Below the pieces are notes generated by a model, which did no database searches, was not told the origin of the DNA, and saw nothing but the letters and a program-made list of their open reading frames with translations. DNA of 64,000 nt, from the NCBI GenBank assembly GCA_049322915.1, contig JBMOPW010000032.1, positions 96,001 through 160,000 on the forward strand, written 5' to 3'. Positions 30,131 through 38,274 of the stretch are shown here, one piece after another. Every line of letters begins with the position of its first letter. Position 1 is the first letter of the stretch. Source of the DNA: Candidatus Zhuqueibacterota bacterium. GTDB lineage: Bacteria > Zhuqueibacterota > Zhuqueibacteria > Thermofontimicrobiales > Thermofontimicrobiaceae. The position numbers and the translations under genes are program-made.

Positions 30131-31069
30131 ATGAGACGGGTGGTCTTTTATTCAATAACATTAATTTTATTGATGACAGGTTTAACTCATTCACAGGAAA
30201 AAAAGATGAAATTCAAAGCGTTGACCAAAGAGGAAGAAGCCGTCATTATTTACAAAGGAACGGAGCGGCCATTCACTGGCGAGTATTATACTCACAAAGA
30301 AAAAGGGACTTATACCTGCAAACAATGCGGCGCTCCGCTGTACCGGTCTGAGGATAAATTCGATTCGCACTGCGGCTGGCCGAGCTTCGATGATGAAATC
30401 CCCGGCGCGGTTCAGCGGGTTCCGGATGCGGACGGACGGCGGACTGAAATTTTATGCAATGCCTGCGGCGCTCATCTCGGCCATGTGTTTCTGGGAGAGG
30501 GATTAACGGATAAAAATACGCGCCACTGCGTCAATTCCATTTCGTTGAATTTCACTCCGGCCCAGGCAACGACCGATGTCGAACAGAAGGTGCAGCGGGC
30601 CTATTTTGCCGGCGGTTGTTTCTGGGGCGTCGAACACCTTTTCAAAGACGTCAAAGGAGTGATTTCCATAAGCGTCGGGTACATGGGAGGGCATACGACA
30701 AATCCCAGTTACAAAGAAGTATGCGCAGGAAACACGGGACATGCCGAGACCATGGAGGTCGTATTCGATCCGGGCGTCACTTCGTACGAAACGCTGGCGA
30801 AATTATTCTTCGAAATTCACGATCCGACTCAGGTGAATCGGCAGGGGCCGGATATTGGCGAACAGTACCGTTCGGCAATTTTTTACGCCAGCGATGAGCA
30901 GAAAAAAATCACTGAAAAACTGGTGAGCATTCTAAAAGACAAAGGCTATAAAGTGGCAACTGAAATTACAAAGGCTGATACATTTTGGCATGCCGAAGAT
31001 TATCACCAGGATTATTATCTGAAAACTGGAAAGCAGCCTTATTGCCATCGGTATACAAAACGATTTTAA
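30131..31069 (+). CDS. msrAB: Exported bifunctional methionine sulfoxide reductase MsrB-MsrA
   Basis: Signal peptide; MsrB CKQC, CGWPSF, CNAC..HLGHVF, RHCVNS; Msr[15 protein letters not shown]. Confidence 0.93.
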   Translation: MRRVVFYSITLILLMTGLTHSQEKKMKFKALTKEEEAVIIYKGTERPFTGEYYTHKEKGTYTCKQCGAPLYRSEDKFDSHCGWPSFDDEIPGAVQRVPDADGRRTEILCNACGAHLGHVFLGEGLTDKNTRHCVNSISLNFTPAQATTDVEQKVQRAYFAGGCFWGVEHLFKDVKGVISISVGYMGGHTTNPSYKEVCAGNTGHAETMEVVFDPGVTSYETLAKLFFEIHDPTQVNRQGPDIGEQYRSAIFYASDEQKKITEKLVSILKDKGYKVATEITKADTFWHAEDYHQDYYLKTGKQPYCHRYTKRF

Positions 31070-31085
31070 CAGAAAGGGTAACAAA

Positions 31086-32174
31086 ATGACATCGTTTTTG
31101 AATTTTAAAAAAGCTATTGTTATATTAGCGATTCTTTATCCCATCATTGCTTTCGGGCAGGAGCGCGACACACTCAAGGTCGATGCCGTCGAATTAATCA
31201 ATGGTCGTGAAGTGCAGGGGCAGACGAAATACTCGGTCGCGAGGGATAATTACGTTTACCTGTTCGCGCAGGAGAAGAATAAAAAGCGGTTCGAGAAATC
31301 GCCTGAGCAATTCGAAATTCAACTGGGCGGCGCTTGCGCCCGGATGGGCATTCTGAGCGGAAAAGGCGACACTGATCTGTACACCGTCCATGAAAACAGA
31401 CTGTTTATTTTTGCTTCAACGTCCTGTAAAAATACATTCCTGAAAGATCCGTCCCTGGTGCTGGAGCAGGATGATGCCAGACCTGAAACCACGCCGGAAT
31501 TGTTATCCCAGGGGCAGGCGCTTTTGCAAAAAGCAATTCAGGCGATTGGCGGTGAAGATAAACTGAACAGTCTTCACAGCTATCAGGAACGAATTGTGAC
31601 CGTGAATGAGTACGAGGGCAGGAACGTGGAAATTAGCAAAATCCACACGTTTGTTATTCCCAATAAATTGAGAGTGGATGATACCTGGGACACCTATGCC
31701 TGGGCATCGGTTGTTTCAGAAATGGATGCTTTTAAGCTCAGTTCAAGCGGGTACCGCGCCATGGTCCCGATCCAGGTACATGCTCTCCGGCGGCAGTTTT
31801 TGAGGAATCCCATTTTTCTGCTAAGCAATCGGAAGATGGAAGGGTTTATTGCAGTGGCCAGCGGCGCCGAACGCGTTGCCGGAAGGGAACTGGAGATGCT
31901 GACGCTCTTCATCGATGGCGCGTCCAGCACATTAGGAATTGATCCGAAATCCGGAAGAATTCTGAGCATTCGCTACAAGGATTTTGGGCCGGGCATGTTC
32001 CTGGGCACTGTAGAGAAGCACTTCTCCGACTATCAGATCGTCGGTGGACTGGTGCTGCCCATGACGATAACCGGCACATTCGACGGGCAAATCGTCCCGA
32101 AGTGGTCATTCACAATCGATGGTCTGGAAATTAATCCAGTTATCGAGGACAAATTTTTCTCACGTACGAATTGA
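31086..32174 (+). CDS. Secreted protein: YHS-like domain fused to a beta-rich (LolA-like?) domain
   Basis: YLFAQEKNKKRFEKSPEQFEIQLGGAC and LFIFASTSCKNTFLKDP resemble tandem YHS units; then AIQAIGG...FSDYQIVGGLVLP. Confidence 0.6.
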   Translation: MTSFLNFKKAIVILAILYPIIAFGQERDTLKVDAVELINGREVQGQTKYSVARDNYVYLFAQEKNKKRFEKSPEQFEIQLGGACARMGILSGKGDTDLYTVHENRLFIFASTSCKNTFLKDPSLVLEQDDARPETTPELLSQGQALLQKAIQAIGGEDKLNSLHSYQERIVTVNEYEGRNVEISKIHTFVIPNKLRVDDTWDTYAWASVVSEMDAFKLSSSGYRAMVPIQVHALRRQFLRNPIFLLSNRKMEGFIAVASGAERVAGRELEMLTLFIDGASSTLGIDPKSGRILSIRYKDFGPGMFLGTVEKHFSDYQIVGGLVLPMTITGTFDGQIVPKWSFTIDGLEINPVIEDKFFSRTN

Positions 32175-32191
32175 ATCGGATCGGAGCGATT

Positions 32192-32872
32192 ATGAATTTC
32201 CAGGAAGCCATGACAAAACTTGAATCTTTAGGGACAGATCAGAATCAAAAGATTTATAAACGGCATGGAGCTGGGGATGCTCTGTTTGGCGTCAGTTTCG
32301 CGGATCTGAAGGCATTGAGAAAGCAGGTCAAAACGGATCATTCGCTGGCCGTTCAATTGTGGAATTCGGGAAATCACGATGCGCAAATTTTCGCCACGAT
32401 GATCGCTGATCCCGATGAATTCACCGGGGATGACCTGGAGCGATGGGTGCGTGAAGCGTTGAATTATATGGTCGCCGATTCATTTGTCAGCTACGTGGCG
32501 TTCAATAGTGTACATGCCAAGACGAAAATGGAGGCATGGACAGAATCTGACGATGAATGGATTGGCCGCGCCGGCTGGGTTTTATTGGCCAAAATAGCTA
32601 TGGAGCACAATGATCTCCCTGATTCATATTTTAATGAGTACATCCGGGTCATCGAGGAACGAATTCATCGCGTGAAGAACCGGACGCGCGAGGCGATGAA
32701 TCAGGCGATCATCGCCATTGGAATTCGCAGCGACGATCTGGAAACGTCCGCTCTGGAATCGGCTAATCGGATCGGCGCCGTGGAAATCGATCACGGCGAT
32801 ACATCGTGCAAGACGCCGGACGCATCGAACTATATTCGAAAAACGCGGATGCGTAGGTCGAACTCGCGCTGA
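32192..32872 (+). CDS. DNA alkylation repair protein (AlkD-like HEAT repeat)
   Basis: FGVSFADLK, LWNSGNHDA, WTESDDEWIGRAGW, DHGDTSCKTP. Confidence 0.82.
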   Translation: MNFQEAMTKLESLGTDQNQKIYKRHGAGDALFGVSFADLKALRKQVKTDHSLAVQLWNSGNHDAQIFATMIADPDEFTGDDLERWVREALNYMVADSFVSYVAFNSVHAKTKMEAWTESDDEWIGRAGWVLLAKIAMEHNDLPDSYFNEYIRVIEERIHRVKNRTREAMNQAIIAIGIRSDDLETSALESANRIGAVEIDHGDTSCKTPDASNYIRKTRMRRSNSR

Positions 32873-32910
32873 TTAAATTTTGAAACAGAACGAAAGAAAA
32901 CAATGAGGTC

Positions 32911-33723
32911 GTGGTGAATCACAACATTCCAGAAATCGGGGCATTTCGCCGGCGAACCGACAAGAATTCGTGCCTGGCGATGGAGTTGGAACTTATCAGC
33001 GTCGAAAGGGCCGATACGCTGATGCAGCAACTGGCCGAACTTCGGCAGGCCGATCTGGTTCCGGATATGGCGCTGATTCTCGCCCATCCAGCTACTCTGG
33101 CTGTTGGCGCGCGGAAGTTGCAGCCGCAGGATCTGCTCCGGCCGCTCGAATTTTTTCAATCCCGGGGAATTGGCTTGATTCAATCGATTCGAGGTGGTGG
33201 TTTGACCTATCACTGGCCGGGCCAGATTGTCTGCTACCCGGTGATGAAGCTGGCGCCGCAGGAGCAGAATATTGCCATGTACGTGTATCGGCTGGAGGAG
33301 GTTGGTCTTCGGACTTTGAGAGAATTCGGCATTGAGGCAAGTCGCAAACGGGAGAAAGCGGCGCAGATTGGTCTGTGGCTTGGCAATCGGAAAATTGCGT
33401 CGATGGGGATTCATGTCTCGCGCTGGGTGACGAGCTATGGATTTGCATTGAATGTGAGCGGAAATGCTGAGGCAGCGGATTTTATTCGCCCCTGCGGTCT
33501 CGATGGTGTGAAGCTTATTACCATGAGCGAGGTTTTAGGTTACGATCCGGGGCGACGAGCGGTGACGACGTCATTGCTGCGCCAGTTTGAGCAGGTGTTT
33601 GATAGGAAAATCCACGCGATGACGATGAGGAATTTGACCTGGCTGAATCAGGAGAATGCGGACCATGATATATCTTTCAGGAATGCAAATCTCAGTTCGT
33701 CTTTTAGTGAGAGCCTGGATTGA
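32911..33723 (+). CDS. lipB: Lipoyl(octanoyl) transferase
   Basis: RGGGLTYH.PGQIVCYP, RKIASMG, GFALNV, IRPCG; directly upstream of the pdh genes. Start uncertain. Confidence 0.82.
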   Translation: MVNHNIPEIGAFRRRTDKNSCLAMELELISVERADTLMQQLAELRQADLVPDMALILAHPATLAVGARKLQPQDLLRPLEFFQSRGIGLIQSIRGGGLTYHWPGQIVCYPVMKLAPQEQNIAMYVYRLEEVGLRTLREFGIEASRKREKAAQIGLWLGNRKIASMGIHVSRWVTSYGFALNVSGNAEAADFIRPCGLDGVKLITMSEVLGYDPGRRAVTTSLLRQFEQVFDRKIHAMTMRNLTWLNQENADHDISFRNANLSSSFSESLD

Positions 33724-33755
33724 TGTACGTTGAAATAAAAAAAAGAGGAGTCAAT

Positions 33756-34817
33756 ATGAAACCAAAACTGATTCAGATATTGGATGAAAATGGAACTTGC
33801 GATGAAAAAGCAGTCGCCGATTTGACGACCGAAGATATGATCAACATGTATCGGCTGATGAATTTGACGCGAATCTGGAACGATAAAGCGCTGAGCCTGC
33901 AACGCCAGGGACGACTTGGCACGATGGGTTCTGTCCGGGGCCAGGAAGCATCCAACGTGGGCATGGCCTTGCCGCTGCAATCCAATGACTGGTTTGTGCC
34001 GGCGTTCCGGGAATACGGCGCCCTGTTCGCGCTGGGAATTTCGCTGCGGGACCAACTGATGTTTTGGGGCGGCGATGAACGCGGAGCGAGGATTCCGGAA
34101 AACCTCCGGGTGACGCCCACGTCAATCATTGTTGCGTCGCATTTGCCGCATGCTGTGGGCATTGCGCTCGCCGCAAAATTGAAAGGCGAGAAAAGCGTGG
34201 CATTGTCATCATCCGGCGATGGCTCCACTTCGGAAGGCGATTTTCATGAAGCGCTGAATATGGCCGCTGTGTTTAAGGCGCCGGTGGTCTTTGTCATTCA
34301 AAACAACCACTGGGCTATCTCGTTGCCATTCAGCAAACAGACAGCCACAGCGACGATTTCCGAAAAGGCAGCCGCTTACGCCATCGAGGGAGTGCGAGTC
34401 GATGGAAATGATGTGTTTGCAGTGTACACGACAGTGAAAAAATATGTCGAATTGGCCAGAAAAAATCACACGCCGGCATTGATCGAGCTGGTGACGTATC
34501 GAATGGGCGACCATACGACTGCCGATGACGCCACGAGGTATCGCGCGCCGGAGGCGCTGGCCGAATGGGAGAAAAAGGACCCCATCGACCGCTTGAAAAT
34601 TTATTTGATGAACAGTCGCGGCTGGACTGAAGAGAACGATAAAAAACTCATCGAGCAGTGCGCGCAGGAAGTGGATCAAGCGGTGAAAGAGTATGAGGCC
34701 ATGGAGCCAGCCGATCCTGCGGACATGTTCAAATATATTTATAAAGATATGCCCTGGCATTTGAAAGAAGAGATGGAAGAAGTGAGAGAATTGAATCGGA
34801 AAGGAGGGGTGAAATAA
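33756..34817 (+). CDS. pdhA: Pyruvate/2-oxoacid dehydrogenase E1 alpha
   Basis: LQRQGR, GQEA, GDGSTSEGDFHEALN..QNN, YRMGDHTTADD. Confidence 0.88.
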   Translation: MKPKLIQILDENGTCDEKAVADLTTEDMINMYRLMNLTRIWNDKALSLQRQGRLGTMGSVRGQEASNVGMALPLQSNDWFVPAFREYGALFALGISLRDQLMFWGGDERGARIPENLRVTPTSIIVASHLPHAVGIALAAKLKGEKSVALSSSGDGSTSEGDFHEALNMAAVFKAPVVFVIQNNHWAISLPFSKQTATATISEKAAAYAIEGVRVDGNDVFAVYTTVKKYVELARKNHTPALIELVTYRMGDHTTADDATRYRAPEALAEWEKKDPIDRLKIYLMNSRGWTEENDKKLIEQCAQEVDQAVKEYEAMEPADPADMFKYIYKDMPWHLKEEMEEVRELNRKGGVK

Positions 34818-35794
34818 TGGCAAGAAAATCAATGGTTCAGGCGATCAATGAAGCATTATTTCAGAAAATGGAAGACGACAAGACCGTCGTTGTGCTGGGA
34901 GAAGACGTTGGCGTTGACGGCGGCGTATTCCGGGTGACCCAGGGGCTGATCGAAAAATTCGGTCCCGAGCGCGTGATGGACACGCCATTGGCGGAATCAT
35001 CGATCATGGGCGCCAGCGTGGGCATGGCCATCAATGGCCTGAAACCTGTCGTTGAAATTCAGTTCATGGGATTCATCTACCAGTCGTTCGATCAGGTACT
35101 GGGGCATGTTGCCAGATACCGGCACCGGAGTCAGGGGCGATATGGGATGTCGCTGGTCGTGCGCGCTCCGTATGGGGCCGGCGTTCGGGCGCTGGAGCAT
35201 CATTCCGAAAGCACGGAAGCCAATTTCGCGCATTTGCCCGGTCTGAAAGTGGTCATTCCTTCCAATCCGGTGGACGCCAAGGGCCTGCTCATTTCGGCGA
35301 TTGAAGACCCGGATCCGGTGATTTTCCTGGAGCCAAAACGACTGTACCGCTTGAAAAAAGTTGAAGTCCCGGACGAAATGTACCGGACGCCCATCGGCGT
35401 GGCCGATATTCCGCGCGAGGGGAAAGATATCACGCTCATCGGTTGGGGGGGCATGATGCCAATTTGTCTCGATGCGGCGGAACACGTCAGCAAAGAAGGC
35501 GTGGACGCCGAAGTGATCGACCTGCGGACGATTGTGCCGTTTGACATTCAGAAAATCACAGCCTCGGTTAAAAAGACCGGCCGGCTGATCATTGTTCAGG
35601 AAGCACCGCGCTCGTTTGGTGTGGCTGCTGAGCTGGCCGCTCAGGTCGGGGAGAGAAGCCTGCTCCACTTGTTGGCGCCAGTTCGCCGCGTCACCGGCTA
35701 CGACATCATCCCGCCATTGTCAAAATTGGAAGATTACAATTATCCCAATGTGGAACGAGTCGTACAGGCCATTCATAAAACTATGGAGTTTTGA
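34817..35794 (+). CDS. pdhB: Pyruvate/2-oxoacid dehydrogenase E1 beta
   Basis: GEDVG..GGVFR, DTPLAE, EIQF, EHHSES, DPVIFLEPK. Confidence 0.88.
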   Translation: MARKSMVQAINEALFQKMEDDKTVVVLGEDVGVDGGVFRVTQGLIEKFGPERVMDTPLAESSIMGASVGMAINGLKPVVEIQFMGFIYQSFDQVLGHVARYRHRSQGRYGMSLVVRAPYGAGVRALEHHSESTEANFAHLPGLKVVIPSNPVDAKGLLISAIEDPDPVIFLEPKRLYRLKKVEVPDEMYRTPIGVADIPREGKDITLIGWGGMMPICLDAAEHVSKEGVDAEVIDLRTIVPFDIQKITASVKKTGRLIIVQEAPRSFGVAAELAAQVGERSLLHLLAPVRRVTGYDIIPPLSKLEDYNYPNVERVVQAIHKTMEF

Positions 35795-35795
35795 C

Positions 35796-37064
35796 ATGAG
35801 ATATGTATTTCGATTACCGGACGTCGGTGAAGGCATTCATGAAGCGGAAATAATAAGCTACGAAGCGAAGATCGGGGATGTGGTCAAAGCCGATCAGACA
35901 ATCATAAAAATTGAGACGGACAAGGCGGTGGTGACGCTGCCTTCTCCGGTGGACGGCAGGATATTAGAAATCCCACGCAATCCAGGGGACGTCATCGCTG
36001 TGGGGGAGCCGCTCATCATTCTGGATTCAGTGCAGGCCGGAGAGGAAATAACGGCAAAACCGGAAGCGTCCGTCCCGGAAGAGGGGCATGCGCCGGCCGT
36101 GAAAATTGTGCGGGAACCGGTCCTGACCGATAAGCCAGCGACCGCGCGCCGTGCACTGGCGACGCCGCACACCCGATATCTGGCGCGGGAATTGGGCGTC
36201 GATATCAACACCGTGGCCGGTTCCGGGCCAGGCGGGCGCATTACCGACGATGATGTCCGGCGCGCCGTCAAACAGTCGCCGGCGCCAGGTCCGAAGATTC
36301 CGCGGGCAGCGGCGGTCACCCATGAACCGTCGACGCTTGGGTTCGATTTTGAGAAGTATGGACATGTCCGCCGGGAGCCGTTGAAAGGCATTCGCAAGCG
36401 AATCGCTGAAGTCATGGTCCGATCGTACTCGACCATCCCCCATGTGTCGCACACGGACGAAGTGGATGTCACCGATCTGTTCGAGGTGCTGAAAAGGCAG
36501 AAATCAATGGCGGAGCAGCGGGGTGTGAAATTGACCATCACTGCTTTTATCGCAAAAGCTGTGGTATCAGCGCTGCAGGCGTTTCCCGAGGTCAATAGCT
36601 CGCTGGATGAAGAGAGCGGCGATCTGGTGTACAAGGATTACTACCATCTTGGCATCGCAACGGACACCGACCAGGGATTGATGGTGCCGGTGGTGAAAAA
36701 TGCAGACACCAGGAGCATCCTTCAAATCGCCGAGGCGATTCAAAAACTGGCGACTCAGGCGCGCAACCGCGAGATCGACCTGGAAGACCTCCGCGGCGGA
36801 ACGTTCACCATCACTAACCCCGGTGGCATTGGCGGCATTCACGCAACGCCGATCATCCAGCATCCCCAGGTGGCTATTCTGGGCGTGCTGGCGGCGCGAA
36901 AGAAGCCGGTGGTCAAAGACGATCAGATTGTCATCCGCACCATGATGCCGTTGGTCGTTTCTTTCGACCATCGCATTCTGGACGGCGCAGTCGTGGCGCG
37001 TTTCCTCAATCACATCATCCATCTGCTGGAAGATCCTATGCGCATGCTGGTGGATGTTATTTGA
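35796..37064 (+). CDS. pdhC: Dihydrolipoamide acyltransferase E2
   Basis: LPDVGEG, ETDKA lipoyl site, GSGPGGRI, FDHRILDG; start 35796 (track ORF extends into pdhB). Confidence 0.88.
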   Translation: MRYVFRLPDVGEGIHEAEIISYEAKIGDVVKADQTIIKIETDKAVVTLPSPVDGRILEIPRNPGDVIAVGEPLIILDSVQAGEEITAKPEASVPEEGHAPAVKIVREPVLTDKPATARRALATPHTRYLARELGVDINTVAGSGPGGRITDDDVRRAVKQSPAPGPKIPRAAAVTHEPSTLGFDFEKYGHVRREPLKGIRKRIAEVMVRSYSTIPHVSHTDEVDVTDLFEVLKRQKSMAEQRGVKLTITAFIAKAVVSALQAFPEVNSSLDEESGDLVYKDYYHLGIATDTDQGLMVPVVKNADTRSILQIAEAIQKLATQARNREIDLEDLRGGTFTITNPGGIGGIHATPIIQHPQVAILGVLAARKKPVVKDDQIVIRTMMPLVVSFDHRILDGAVVARFLNHIIHLLEDPMRMLVDVI

Positions 37065-37157
37065 AACCAGGCACGCCTGAAACGGGTATCAATAGCGATT
37101 CATGCCAGTCCCCAATGAAACAGAATGGGGCTGATTTGAAAAAAAAAAAATTGCTCA

Positions 37158-37214
37158 GCCACGACGTCTCAAAGGCACGATGAATAAAATGACCTCTTCG
37201 TGTAGCGTTGTGGC
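37158..37214. repeat. Degenerate copy of the 8-nt periodic inverted-repeat element
   Basis: GCCACGACGTCTCAAAGGCACGATGA ... TCTTCGTGTAGCGTTGTGGC. Confidence 0.5.
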
Positions 37215-37357
37215 AAGACGACAAGCCTGAATGGCAACGAAAATTCTCTTTAACCCGGAACCTTGAAACCTGGAGCCTGATCAGTTTCAAAACAAAAAAT
37301 CAGGTAACAGCGACGGCATCGGTGGATTTTCAGTAAAAATTTTGTGAAATCAATTGT

Positions 37358-37753
37358 ATGGTGCTCATCGATTTAAGAAATAAATTACAGACAAGCTCCC
37401 TTCGATACATGGCGGGCGGCCTCATTGCCCTCGTGCTCTTTTTGAGCACGGGTCATGATTTATTCCATAATCACCAGCCCGATTTCGAGAATCACGAAGA
37501 CTGCCCGGTGTATCAATTCCTCGTTGTGCTGGGCTCCGTCGGAATCATCGGCGCGCTCGTTCTGCAGCATTTTCTGAATCGAGTCACCATTTTAGAGTTT
37601 CATTCCGACGCGATTATTTATGGCGTCGAGCGGTTAACCCCGGTTATCCGCGGCCCTCCGGATACAGCGACTGTTGTTTTTTTGAATGAACATGCGCTTA
37701 AGTGTTTCAGAACGAATAACTATCCGGAGGTGTTTTATGAAAGTAAGTCTTAA
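37358..37753 (+). CDS. Putative regulatory leader protein (DUF2946-like architecture) with His-rich segment and RGPP motif
   Basis: Hydrophobic segment, HDLFHNHQPDFENHEDCP, second hydrophobic segment, IRGPP (codons 37646-37660); upstream of lipoprotein and TBDR. Start may be 37409. Confidence 0.7.
   Translation: MVLIDLRNKLQTSSLRYMAGGLIALVLFLSTGHDLFHNHQPDFENHEDCPVYQFLVVLGSVGIIGALVLQHFLNRVTILEFHSDAIIYGVERLTPVIRGPPDTATVVFLNEHALKCFRTNNYPEVFYESKS
37655..37730 (+). promoter_or_regulatory. Anti-Shine-Dalgarno pairing between leader Pro-Pro codons and the lipoprotein RBS
   Basis: CCTCCGGATA (37655-64) is the exact reverse complement of TATCCGGAGG (37721-30), which contains the GGAGG 6 nt before ATG 37737. 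Confidence 0.65.
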
Positions 37754-38198
37754 ATTTCTTGTTATTGCGCTTGCATTATCGGCATTAATTTTTGGTTGTG
37801 ATAAAGACAATCCAGTTGACGATGATACTCACAGTGAACATGCCGAGGCCGTTGGCCTTGTCATTACGCAGGATAGCAGTGAAATTGTTCGGTACGAAAG
37901 CGGCACGGTCACGGGTAAAATTACCGTGAAAGTCGGTGCAGAAACGCCGTTGCTTTTTGTTCAGTTCATCGATGAACATGACGGCGACTTATTTACGCCG
38001 GACATTGAACACCATTCGCTGGCTTTCACCGTCGCCAATGTCGCCATTGCCGAGGTCATCCAGAATGCTAAAGATGGTTTGGGCAAATTTTACATTCAGG
38101 GGAAATCAGCCGGCTCTACGACGATTGAAATAAAAATCCTGCATGAAGACCATGCAGATTTTGTTTCAGCGCATATCCCGGTTGAGGTGACATTATAA
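37737..38198 (+). CDS. His-rich lipoprotein, probable metal-binding partner of the TBDR
   Basis: Lipobox LIFG-C, DDDTHSEHAEA, DEHDG, EHHS, LHEDHADF; beta-rich body. Confidence 0.78.
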   Translation: MKVSLKFLVIALALSALIFGCDKDNPVDDDTHSEHAEAVGLVITQDSSEIVRYESGTVTGKITVKVGAETPLLFVQFIDEHDGDLFTPDIEHHSLAFTVANVAIAEVIQNAKDGLGKFYIQGKSAGSTTIEIKILHEDHADFVSAHIPVEVTL

Positions 38199-38215
38199 TT
38201 CACTGAGTCGATCAT

Positions 38216-38252
38216 GGTTCTCCCTCATTCCGAATCCGGAATGGGGGAGAAC
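38216..38252 (+). other. Intercistronic hairpin
   Basis: GTTCTCCCTCATTCC / GGAATGGGGGAGAAC stem between lipoprotein and TBDR, no U tract. Confidence 0.6.
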
Positions 38253-38274
38253 TGTACTGCAAGGAGTATCGTCA

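Noticed and set aside
32911..33723. lipB as a pseudogene (AHP, YHWPGQ and SYGFA deviate from consensus)
   Set aside because: The frame is intact and the catalytic Lys and PCG Cys are present; treated as divergent.
37065..37357. Cobalamin riboswitch or Fur/Zur box upstream of the TBDR cassette
   Set aside because: No B12-box or convincing dyad found. The A12 run at 37139-50 is intergenic with no evidence for phase variation.
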